From Massalongia carnosa (lineage: Eukaryota): a stretch of DNA of 64,000 nt. Numbering within the stretch: the first letter of the stretch is position 1; every line of letters begins with the position of its first letter. Location: positions 310,001 to 374,000 of the forward strand of contig OZ287078.1 of the NCBI GenBank assembly GCA_965645245.1. Direction: 5' to 3'. The position numbers and the translations under genes are program-made. Positions 12,501-23,399 of the stretch are shown one piece after another. The notes under the pieces are model-generated. The model searched no databases. It was given only the letters and a program-made list of their open reading frames with translations, and was not told the DNA's origin.

Positions 12501-12909
12501 GCGATGTTACGATTATTATTGCTCCGGTTTCCTGGATGATGCTGGTACGCCTATTTTCAGGCGTTGAGGGGTCTAAAGCAACGAAAGCACTGCCTGATTT
12601 GAGGATCGCTACCGTAGTAACGACCGCCCACAATGACTTTTCAAAACAGAAAGGTATGATCTTTTCCGGTCCCGCACCCAGCGTGCGCAGGTAATGTGCT
12701 AGCTTCGACGAAAGACGTTGGAGCGAGCAGTAGGTCAAATCCCCATCCCAAGAGCACACTGCTGGTGCTTCAGGCTGTCGGCACGTTTGTTCTTCAATGA
12801 GGTCGTGTATACAACGGTCCACCTTGACTGGTGTCGCAGGGTGCGTTACTCTTCCAACAGGCAAGGAGTTTTGAATTGAGCCTAATTCCGTGATTTGAGC
12901 CTTGTCCAT
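9555..12909 (-). CDS. NRPS-like A-T-R enzyme (adenylation, thiolation, terminal reductase); 2 exons (12909-12309, 12238-9555)
   Basis: A-domain motifs LTY, FTSGSTGQPKG, FDVS, NCYGPAE, GEL..ARGYL, YKTGDL, GRKDTQVKIRGQRVEL, LPAYMVP; T motif GINSIQ; R domain VFLTGATGFLG, GYAQSK, KPGNIIG. Intron 12239-12308 (GTACGG..TAG). No C domain. Confidence 0.93.
9912..9941 (-). repeat. (CAA)n microsatellite encoding Q10 inside the reductase domain
   Basis: GTT repeat on the + strand; translation DDDMQQQQQQQQQQPSP. Confidence 0.9.
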
Positions 12910-13796
12910 TGCTGAATGCTGGAGTTAACCAGGGCTCTGTGCTCAACAGTGCCAGTCTAATGTTGCCAGATTCCCCATAACGATTCGGGAGTTGGGCAAT
13001 TTGATAAGTTTCTATAGTTGTAGACATTATAAAAATACCGCCCTCATATTTCAATTCCGAGACCTACCCTGACTTTCGACTGTTTTTGGGCCTTTGATGT
13101 TGGTGTCCGAGCCATCGATTCGGGTGTTATGCTCTACTAGAGACATCAAATTTGGCCGTAGTTTGAGGTCCATAGTCAGGAAAGAATTGCAATCTACTCC
13201 CCCTTTGCAGCCTATAAGGGCCAAACAAGGGAGCAGGTTCGCTTTCGCTGGGTCGCAGGACACGTCCCCTAGCGACCGGAGCTCAGAACACCGGCCAAAG
13301 GACCGAATCGACAAAGTGAATGCAGACATTAACTAGTTCTTCACGCAGAATAGATGACCGATTAGGACCGATAGCCAACTCTTCAGAGACGTGCAGAGTA
13401 CAGAGTACAGCAGTTCTCAAAAGAAAAAAACGCATGCAAGCTGTAGATCAGTAGCGGGAGGTCAAGACCAATAGCCGCTAAAACTCTCTCCGCCCCATGA
13501 GCCGATGATTCTCGGGACCATCACTTATCCGCAGGAAGAAACCTTATCGGCAGTGGTTCGACCGTTAAGAGCGTGTAAGAGTACAGAGTAGTGTCCGTGG
13601 GCATAAGCATCTAGAGATACTTTCCCGGACTCGACCCACCTCGCTTAAAGAATCGTCAGTAGATATGCCCGTTTTCACCAAGAGATCCGGCTGGACCAAA
13701 GCAAGACAAGTAGAGGCGCGTGACTTCCACGCCTAGACGCCATAATTCGTCGGAGATGTTGACATTTCGCGACAGGGTCTTACGACCCCGCAAACG

Positions 13797-15698
13797 ATGA
13801 CTCACCATATTGGAGATAGAGATGCTCGCAATGAGTCTCAAGCTCTATTACTCAACGCGGATCGCAATGAAGATGGGCGAGATGAGGACATGGCTGACGA
13901 CCGCTCTTTCAAATCCCCCACGATGACGCTGACAAGGCTTCATCCGCTGGAGCGGCCACCTCACAGCCCTGAAAGCCATGAAGACTTCGAAGACCCATTG
14001 GATGAGCGACCAGGCGCGCCGGATCAGTTCGTAGAGGGGTACGAGACCACCAAATGGGAAGTCTGGGCGTACTACACCTACTACATAGGCAACACAGGCT
14101 TAGGTCTCTTCCAATTTGCCCCCACGGCTTTTCAGAACCTCCTGTCTCAGGCGGCAGGCGATGCGGGAGTATTGCCCTTTGCTGGAAGCCAACGTACCGT
14201 TAATAGCATCGTCCTACTCTCAAATGGTATATCATTCTCAATTCAAGTGCTGTTGTTCCTGGTACTTGGAAGCTTTGCGGACTTCGGGACTTGGAGACCA
14301 TACATCCTGATTGTTCAGACTGCGATAGCAATTGCGATTGGATTTGGGTGGCTGGGTGTTCATACGCCAGAGAAGTGGGAATATGGAGCTGGTTTGTACA
14401 TTGTCGGCTGTCAGTGAGATCACTTCGTGAGTTGATTTTCCCTGGCACTAATGCGATAACAGTAATTGTATTCCAATTAGCATATGCTTACTGGTTCGCG
14501 GCTTTCCCTGGGCTTGCAAGAAACACTCCCATATTACGCGAGCACGCAGAAAAGTACAATGCCGGGGAAATCACCCGGGAGGACTACGATTCCATCGATA
14601 GTATGAAGCGGAACGAGATCTGTAACATGGGACTATACATCTCAGGTATAGGAGAAATACCGTTGGTTGCCATCGGAATAGGAATCTTGTATGGAGTCCA
14701 CTCCAATGCAAGTACCGCCAACAACAATTGGGGCCTATCAGTTCTGATAGCATGGAGTTCCGCTTTTTGGCTAGTCCTCGCCATCCCTTGGTTCATTCTG
14801 GAGAAGAGAAGGCCAGGCCAGCCACTGCCTCCCGGAAAGAATATTGTTACCGCCGGGCTATGGCAAATTCACCGAGCAGCCATGCAAATCTGGCGGCTAA
14901 AACAGAGTCTCGCGTATCTAATCGGTATGTTACTTCTTCCGAAAACCCCTACTGAGTAGTCACCAACCCAACATTTACAGGCTTCTTCTTCCTTGGCGAC
15001 TCTCTCAACACCACCGTAACTGTCGTCACGACTCTCCAAAACAAAGTCCAAAACTACAACACGATCCAACTCTGCGAGCTACTGATAGTTGGCCTGGTCG
15101 CGCAAACAATCGGCATCTACGTCTTCATGCATGTCCAATCGCGGTGGAATCTCGGTACCAAAACGATGCTCAACGCGGTCGCGATCAGCATCATCGCTCT
15201 CGATGCATACGGCATGATCGGAGTGTGGACTCAGAAAGTAGGCTTCCATCACCGTTGGGAGTTTTGGCTGTACCAAGTCTGGTATGGGCTCATGGTGTGT
15301 CCGTGGTACAGCTATTCACAGACAATGGTGCGTGTTTGTCTATTATTCAGAAAAGGACATCCACCTCTTAAAAACTTTCACGAATCAATAGTCATTCTGA
15401 CCACTGAGAACACCTTCAGATCTCCGAAGTCACCCCCCGCGGCAAGGAGTTCCTCTTCTTCTCCCTCTTCAATATAGTCGGCAAAGCCTCCTCCTTTGTC
15501 GGTCCCATTATATCCAGCGCCATCATCGACGCTATGCCCTCGCACAACGACTCCGCTCCTTTCTACTTCTTGACGGCGCTGAGTGCGGTAAGCTATGGTG
15601 TGATCTTGTTATTCGTAGACGTAAAAGAGAGCCGGAAGGAGCAGGAGGAGTTCCTCGCCGAGGAGAGTAGGGCAAGAAGGACGTTGAGGGGAGTTTGA
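13797..15698 (+). CDS. Atg22-family (vacuolar amino-acid effluxer-like) MFS transporter; 4 exons (13797-14409, 14463-14924, 14981-15327, 15420-15698)
   Basis: TTKWEVWAYYTYYIGNTG, GSFADFGTWRP, AAFPGLARN, EKRRPGQPLP, GFFFLGDSLNTTVTV, SYSQTMISEVTPRGKEFLFFSLF, GKASSFVGP. Canonical introns restore the frame. Orthology to core ATG22 is not established. Confidence 0.85.
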
Positions 15699-16183
15699 GG
15701 TTAAAGGGTCTGTAATTGTGATTGGATAGATGGAGGGGGCTTGTGGGTTAGGATTGATATGCAGAACTTTGAAGCATCAAACCGCTATCGGCTAGACCAT
15801 GATATCTTCTTCCAGCTGCTCTGGCTCAAGAGGTGCCACCTACCTTTGATCTTAGGTAAAACCATATAGAAGAATAGGATCTACCTTTACGCAGTATTCC
15901 TTTGAGCTATTAATTTGAAAGATGAAATTCTCCGAAGATTGAGGATGCAATCTCTCTACGCTAGTTTACTCCAAGGGTTTGAGACTATGAGATTTGAGGA
16001 AAGAAGACATGAACAGATAGGAAGCATGCAGTTCATGATTCATTGTCTGATGAGAGTTGATTATTAGTGAGGCAATAATTATCTACGAGAATGATTTTAA
16101 GGAAAAAAGTTCCTATAATTTACAGAACGTACACTCCCATGCCAAAAGTCTGCGTCCCGAAGCAGTTTTACACCAAATTACAT

Positions 16184-19100
16184 GATGATGATGATGATGA
16201 TGATAATTCTTATTCCGATGTGGTACCGGCCGAAGGCCGGCCCATGCGGGCAAATCTATGGAATTATATAATACATGGAAAACCTTTTAAGGAAGAAAAA
16301 ACAAGTAATCCGACATCTCTCCGAATACTTTTCGAGTCTCGGTTGAGGGATCTATCTGAAGAACAGTTGACCGGTGACAGGTTAAAGGAAAGGAAAGTCG
16401 CCTTTTAGCGACTTGACGTGTGGTTGTCAATGATATAAATGCTGTGCTGTCATTGAGAACTGAGTCAGTAAGCCGGTCTTCATTAACCAAGCGGTGACTA
16501 GTTTCATCGCTCTGGATGAGTCGGTAATTAGTCGATAGTTGTTTGTGCCTATAGAACGTAACATTGACTGTCTGTTGCTGTTAAGTTTGCAAAACATGAT
16601 TACATGTTTCGTGGTTTGTTTCGGCCAGCCACATGGACAGTTTGGTGTTAGGACGTCGGGGACGTGACGTCTAAATAGAAATTCGGCTAGGCCTATCTTT
16701 TCTGAGCGTATCTGGAAAGTTAGAGCGCTTTCTGCTTTGGCTAGAGGTTTGTGTAATTTGATGCGTTTTTTGGTCAGTGGGGCTGCCTGTGCTGGAGTAG
16801 GCGTAGATGTGCGATTCTGATATGTTTTCCATGAGGTCTGCCATGCGTCTATATATCGTTTTTTTATTTTTGCGGTTATTTTACCTTGAGCCGCCCGCGC
16901 CTCTTCAATTTCTCGAGCTGTATTCGGGGGGGGGTTCGGCCCATGGTGGGTGCGCTACCGGCGACGCGATTTTATGTGTGTCCGATATTATTTTCTTGGC
17001 CCATGCGTGTTTCAGCATTCCCGGGGTACTCGCAGGAGCTCGTTTGCGTCCAGCCCGGCCTCTGAGTTTGTTTGCAATAGAGTTGCATGCATTGATGATG
17101 AATTTCTTTTGACCTCCCTGACACAAGCGATGTCTAGCCTGCGTCTGAAGTTGATCTAGATGTATGTCAATAGGAGCTATGTACGTTTCTGCTTCCAATA
17201 CCGCTATTGGGGTCGCCTTAAATGCTCTAGCTATAGTTCGTAAGCATTTATTCTGTATGACGGCTAGCTTGTTTGAGATGCCGTTCGATTTTTTTATATC
17301 CTTTGGCATGTGCCATATAGTAGAACCATACGTTATGGCCGGGCGAACTACGGCGGTGTATATCTGGCGGGCTTTTGGAAAGGTGGCGCCCCATGTGGAG
17401 GTAGAAATTTTTGTCAGTGCCCTGGGTTGTTTTGTCAGTTTTTCCTGAATCTTTCTGATATGTGGGACCCATTTCAATTTGGTGTCGATTCGGAGTCCCA
17501 AGATTCTAATGTCTGTTTTTGGTTTAATGATGCTGTTTTCTATCTTAACAACAGCAGTCATGTTAAATTTCTTCGGATTTCTTGACAAGTGTATCAGTTC
17601 GTACTTTTTCGGTGCAAAAACCGATCCGTGCCGAATGGCCCATCTTTCGCATTTCTTGTGAATTTCCTCCAGCGTTTTGCAATTTTCTTCCGTGCTTTTC
17701 CCATATGCTAACACTTTTATGTCATCTACGAAACCTATGGCGCTCGTGTTGGTTCCGGGTCTTTCACATATGTCTAGTAGGTCTGCATTATAGAAAAGAT
17801 AGAGGATAGGAGAAATAGGAGAGCCTTGTGGTATTCCGGTTCTTACTTCGAATATGTCTGTGACTCGGCTATGTATTGCTAGCGTGGTACTTCGTTCGTT
17901 TAAAAAACTGTCTACCCAGTCAGTAATCCATTTTGGGATTTTCCGTTTGCGCAGGTTATGGATTAAACGTCTATGTGACACTGTATCATAAGCTCCTGCT
18001 ACGTCCATGCTCAACAGAGTGGCTACTTTGTCGTTGCCTTGTCCCCATACTGTGTGGATTTGTTCCGTTAACAATTCCAGTGCAGTTTCTGTTGATCTTC
18101 CTCTGCTGGCACCCAGCTGGGTATCGGGTAGAAGTCGGTGAGTTTCCGCTATGTGGGTGATTTTCTTGGACATGATGGATTCCATAACCTTGCCAAGCGT
18201 GTTCAGGAGTGCTATAGGACGATAGGCGTTCGGAGCCGTATAATCATCTTTGTCTATCTTTCTCAGTGTGATTGTGTTTGCGGTCTTGAACGCGCGTGGA
18301 TGATACGCCTGATCTATGCATGCTTGAAACAAATGAGTTAGTAAATCGGACAGCTTTTCGGAGCACGCCTTTACAATTCTGTTGGTTATTCCGTCCGGAC
18401 CAGGGGCCGTGTCGGGCTTGAGTCGGCGTATCGATTCTGTTACTTCCGATCTGGTTACGATTGTGGGACAGTGAGGAGGACTAGGATAAAAGGAGCCCTC
18501 TATGTCGCTGAGATCGGCAGGAGGTGCAGGTGGAAAGAATTTCTGTTTCAGCATCTCCGTTTTTTCCTCGAACGTGGAAGCTATTTGATCGTCTCGGGTG
18601 AGGCTAGGCATTTTTGGAATTTCTCTTGGCTTCTCACTTTTATCCTTCGCCCACTTAGCCAGCCGCCATAATCCCATAGGCGATTCAGTAGCTTTTTCTA
18701 TGTCCTTGCGGAACGACAGTCTCTTGGCTTTTTGAATGATTTTTTGTTTTCTATGATTAGACTTCGTGTACGTTATCCAATCTGAAAGATCTCTGGAGTT
18801 CGTCCAGGCGCGTCTAAGCCTGCGAGTTTCTTTCGTGATTACACTGCATTCATCATTCCAAAAGGGCTTGGCGTACTTACTGGGTCTTGCCCATGGTACA
18901 GTAGCGTTTATGACTTCTTGAAGGAATTCTTGAATCGTTATCGTGTAGGCTTCGATTTCGTCCGGAGATCGGGGAGAGAACGGAAGGGGAGCCCGTTTTT
19001 CGGCTTCCCTCAATTTTTCCATGTTTACCCGCTTCCAGGCCCTGCGTTCAACAATTGTTTGAGGCTCACTGTTAAGCGTTATTCGAGTTGAGATTGGTAT

Positions 19101-19325
19101 GTGATCGGACGATTGATTAAGTTCAGGTCTTGACATGCAATGTTCTAGTCTCGCGACTAGGTCGTCCGACATGAATACAAGATCGATAGTGCTGAACGAT
19201 TGTCTTGCCTCCCAGGTGATGGTGCCTTTTGGTAATGTCAGTGAAAGGTTAGCTTCTTCAATCACGTCTAACAGCTGATCTGCACTCGCATGTTGAGTTG
19301 TTCTCGTTGAGTCGTTCCAAAGAGG
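16184..19325 (-). mobile_element. Tad-like non-LTR retrotransposon (LINE A), 5'-truncated
   Basis: 15-bp TSD TACACCAAATTACAT at 16169-16183 and 19326-19340; (CAT)n 3' tail near 16182-16204; partial APE endonuclease, RT and CCHC domains. Confidence 0.93.
16427..19325 (-). pseudogene. LINE A ORF2 (APE C-terminus, reverse transcriptase, CCHC knuckle), one frameshift at the G-run near 16926-16934
   Basis: IDLVF and SDH (APE); APGPDGI, YRPIALL, GIPQGSPISP, GFVDD (RT). After the frameshift the frame continues to CPCGWPKQTTKHVIMFC and a stop at 16427. No RNase H domain seen. Confidence 0.9.
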
Positions 19326-19381
19326 TACACCAAATTACATACTTTTTAAGAATTTATTACATAACATACAGTTAAAGAAGT

Positions 19382-20589
19382 GGGCTTCCCGGCACGGGTC
19401 CGTATTCGCTCCGACGAAGTACGAACTCATACACTTGTCCAGAAATCCCAAAAGATTCAACATGACTGCATCCATCAATATTGCTAGCACCGAAATTGAA
19501 CCTAAAACGGACATCAGAGTATTGGGCCTACAAATCGACACCAAATTGAAATGGGGACCGCACGTTCGCAAAACGCAAGAGAAAATGGTCAAACAATCCA
19601 TGGCATTGACAAAAATTTCCACATCAACCTGGGGTGCCACCTTCGCCAAGGCAAGGCAGGTTTACAGTGCCGTGGTGCGTCCGGCCATGACATATGGGTC
19701 AACCGTATGGCACATGCCCAAAGAAGTCAAAAAGTCAAAAACGTCAACGAGCAAGCTCTCCGTCATGCAAAACAATTGCCTTCGCACCATAGCCGGTGCC
19801 TTTAAAGCCACTCCCATCTCAGTACTAGAAGCAGAGACATTCATAGCGCCCATAGACACGCATCTCGACATGCTACAAGCACAGGCAAGGCACCGGCTCC
19901 GAGCCGGAGGCCAATTGAAGATCATTTCCTCCGCATGCAACAAAATAGCTGACAAACTTCGAGGCAAGGCAGGTCGCAAACGACTTCAAAAGCCCACCCC
20001 GGGAGAGCTGAAACACATCTGGGCCAAAAGCCTACTGATCGACTCAAAAATAGTTCAACCACCAAAGGCACACCCACCATGGTTCGAAGTCTACCCGGCG
20101 TGGCACCGCGAAGCTACCGTTGCGGCAACGGCCCGACACAAGCAGATGCAAACAATCAAAGCACGACAAATGAAGGTCTGGAACGACTCGTGGTGCGCAT
20201 ATCAAAATCGCGTCATCGAACCCTCCATAGCACAATCAGTCCCACTGAGCAAAAAACGGCTGAAAATACACACGCAGCTAAAAAAGGCAGAAAGCGCTCT
20301 AACAACTCAAATCCGCACTGGCAAAATCGGGTTAGCTGACTTCCTCTACAAGCGACGGGTGCCCTCCGTCACCTCACCGGCCTGCTCATGTGGCTGGCAC
20401 AGACAAACTCCAGAATATGTAATCATGTTCTGCAGACTTATTGACAATAGAGAACAGATGTTTCGCGCCGCCGGCACGAGCGACTATCAGCAGCTGACCA
20501 AATCATCAAAAACTCTGAAGATACTAACTGCTTGGCTAATGAAAACAGGCTTATTGAATCAATTCTCACTAGCATCAACATTATTGTAA
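19382..20589 (+). pseudogene. LINE B ORF2 3' fragment (RT C-terminal part to zinc knuckle)
   Basis: WASRHGSVFAPTKYELIHLSRNPK, LGLQIDTKLKWGPH, IRTGKIGL, CSCGWHRQTPEYVIMFC (His of CCHC changed to Tyr). Starts mid-RT. Confidence 0.88.
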
Positions 20590-20833
20590 AATCAACAATA
20601 GTTGAACCTTTCTTTCTTTCTTCTCTTTTCACAAGGCATTACAGTTCCCACACGTCTTTTGCACTGCGTCTCCCGCCCGACGTCGACCCGTAGTCACATC
20701 GGACGGGTATCAAGGGACATGGTTTTTACACCTGTGAAAGGTTTTCCATGTAACATAACTTAGATAGCTTTGCCCGCATGGGCCGGCCTACGGCCGGTGT
20801 CATATCGGAGTATGAATACATCATCATCATCAT
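19382..20833 (+). mobile_element. Second Tad-like LINE (LINE B), heavily 5'-truncated, a distinct related family
   Basis: 13-bp TSD CAGTTAAAGAAGT at 19369-19381 and 20834-20846; (CAT)n tail near 20819-20833; protein homologous but not identical to LINE A. Confidence 0.92.
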
Positions 20834-20871
20834 CAGTTAAAGAAGTTTTTTCAATAAAATTTCTTGAACAG

Positions 20872-21492
20872 CACGCACGTGACAAAATTAATTTTACACC
20901 AAAATTTCCCCCCCACCAAAATCATCGTGATTTAATGCCTAAAAGTGTCACGGTGCGAGGTCAGGTAGAAATTCAGATGGTGCAAACGTATTACTTGATT
21001 GTCTAGCTAGGTGGACAAGACGTTCGACAAGGAGAAAAGAAACAGAAAATCCAACGTGGGCGAGTATAAGACTCTGGCGAACGGAACCAGTCCCAATCCA
21101 GCCGTTGATCCAATTTCCCAAGTCCCTGGCATGAAACTATCGCTATGACACTATTGACAGTCCGAACACTTACCTTCAGCCGGAACACTTACCTTTGCCC
21201 TGACTAAACCGGATTAAGCTTAGTTCCTTTCGGATCGGCTAGCCGGCTAGTGCTTCGTTCAAGCAGCTAAGGTTGGTTCAATGAACTAACTGGCAGGTGC
21301 CCAGTCACTCCATGACAAAAAGTTTGCAAGCAGTGATTGGTGATGAAGACAGAATAGCAGATTATTGATTTAATTATTGAAGTTCAAAAAATCATGAAAT
21401 TAACTCAAAAAACGCTACAGTTTATGATAGAAAATCCGGTGATTTTGGTAAGGAAAAAGGTTCGGTATAAATTTATTTTTGTCACTCGCGTG
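20872..21492. mobile_element. MITE with CAC...GTG termini and 5-bp TSD (about 245 bp without the nested LTR); superfamily uncertain
   Basis: AACAG at 20867-20871 and 21493-21497; ungapped 56-bp imperfect TIR (42/56) beginning CACGCACGTGACAAAA / CACGCGAGTGACAAAA. Confidence 0.7.
20946..21317. mobile_element. Solo LTR (372 bp)
   Basis: Termini TGTCACGG...CCATGACA (7/8 inverted match, TG..CA); 5-bp TSD AAAAG at 20941-20945 and 21318-21322; visibly less AT-rich than its flanks. Confidence 0.75.
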
Positions 21493-21949
21493 AACAGTTT
21501 TTAACAAAGGATTTAAAGTATACGAATTTCGAATTTATTTTATCTAGGTTTATGATACACAATGTATTGATGTATTAAACAGAAGTTGAAAATTAAATAT
21601 TTCTATACAAAAATAAGCGAAAATTGTTGAAATTAATACTATCTTTGTGAAACATCAATACAGAACATAGAATGAAGAGGAATTCAAAAATCGAAGTACT
21701 ACAGATTGATTATTTCAAGAATCTCTTTTTTTAAAAAAAGAATCTAACAAATTGCTTAACTGTGTAATGTATAATAAATTTTCAAAAAGTACAGGTTTTG
21801 GTTAAAACTGCCTCGGGACGCAGACTATTGGCCTAGTACTGTACGAAGTACTCTCCCACAATCGCCGTCCGATTCTCATGAAGAGACACCTTGTGGTGAC
21901 AAAAAAGATAAAGTCGATAAAAAGCTTAAGCGGAGTGCCGTAGATATGA

Positions 21950-22800
21950 CCTTACGAGCAAATTCTTGTTATTCAAGAGTGATATTAGGACCGGCGCCGC
22001 CATCTTTGAACATGTTTGCAATACCTTTCCTCTAAAGAAGATCCAAGGAGCAACATGTTGTGATGTGATGTTACCAAGCCTGGAAGACGGGGAGAAAAAT
22101 ATGGAGATCGACGTTGGCGTTAATGATGCTGTTGCTGACAAGGGTGAGTCCAAAGGCTTCCGTGATTGATTGTATTGCCGGCTAAGCAGGCAAAGAATAG
22201 GCTTGCTTCATCATTCATGAAAGCTTGGGTCATGTCTCCCGAACACCTTGATACGATCAACTACCTTGCCACTTAGGCAAAGGTCATGGATGTTCTCAAA
22301 ATACCGTCGTTAGATAGGTGAAGCTTGTGAGTTGTGGAATGCTTCATACAGGGACTTAGCGGAAAGAATTGTATTACTCATATCTAAGATTCAAGTAGAA
22401 AGACCGTGCTCATCTAAAGGTCCCGTTACTGGATATATGACACCAAAGGTTTCTGTTTCATTCGAGAGTGTCAAATAAAGTTTCTCGGCATTTCCTAGAG
22501 AGCTACCCTGCCCTTGGACATCCGAGGTGTGACTTGGGGCTCAGCCAGCAGTTAATTTAGCTGCTGCTTATAGTCGAGAGTAGAGCTTAGCTTGTTCGAT
22601 AGCAACGTGTTTGCCGCAGATCAAACAAACTTGAGGGGCTGTTGCCAACACAAAGTGTGCGAAGAGACTAAATATGAGCTTTCTCTTCCTTCCCTGGGTG
22701 CCCTCAAATGATTCCATCTTGTCAGGAGTTAATATATGGATTATCATTTGTCCTCTACAATACATTGGCTTTCGGAAGACTTACAGTCGTGGACAAAGAA
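21950..22800 (-). pseudogene. Possible decayed HET-domain protein gene fragment
   Basis: Fragments LCPRL*VFRK, FVLATAPQVCLICGKH, HGLST*ILDMS (cf. LPSWVPDWS) and LCLSGKVVDRIK appear in the expected order, with many stops. Boundaries approximate. Confidence 0.3.
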
Positions 22801-23399
22801 TCTAATGATAGGCTTAACGAGTACATGACGATACACCAATAAATTGCACTAGCAAACACCGTCAACCCTTCATCAGGTAGGTCAAAGTGTTTTATGAACC
22901 GCGATTATCAATGTGGACATTATAGACTGAATGCCTACACTTCCCCAAGCCACGTCGAGACTTCTACCACTCGCTCGTAGATTTCTCTCATCAGGGCGAC
23001 CGCTAATTCCGCTCTAGAATGCATAATGGATCGATGTAATCAGGTCCAGCCCCTACAATTTCAACGAGTCGACACAATATTAGGGCCTTTCAGTATGCGC
23101 CCAGAATATTTAGGACTTGCACTCGACACTGATAGAAATAAAAGATTAAAGTCCGGCACCGTTGTGGAAAATACGAGTGATATCTATCTAAATGTTAATG
23201 TTATCGAAGACATTGGACAAAGAAGAGAGAGCAATCAAGAGAGTCAAAGTCCATATACTTTGTCAAATTTTCGCACTCAAGATACAAATTGTCTCCTTAC
23301 TTGTCACGAAAGGTTACTTGTTCAGCTCCTCGTTACAGACCTGAATTGTAATAAAACTTGGCAAAGAGATTTACATCTTGCCATACAGGTATTCGCGGG

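Larger units (their letters stand above)
16132..21841. mobile_element. Non-autonomous Tc1/mariner-like element (about 460 bp after removing nested inserts), host of the nested stack
   Basis: TA at 16130-16131 and 21842-21843. Left end CACTCCCATGCCAAAAGTCTGCGTCCCGAAGCAGTTTTA vs reverse complement of right end CAGTACTAGGCCAATAGTCTGCGTCCCGAGGCAGTTTTA (33/39). Similarity extends to about 95 bp when 16132-16183 is joined to 19341-19381. Confidence 0.82.

Noticed and set aside
5189..13590. Recurrent TACAGAGTA / TACTCCGTA motifs in cluster intergenic regions as a pathway-specific TF site
   Set aside because: The same motifs occur outside the cluster (about 28842, 34358, 38228), so they are not cluster-specific; no cluster TF gene is seen.
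16184..20833. A single LINE with a 5' inversion (twin priming)
   Set aside because: Each half has its own TSD and tail, and the overlapping coding regions are diverged.
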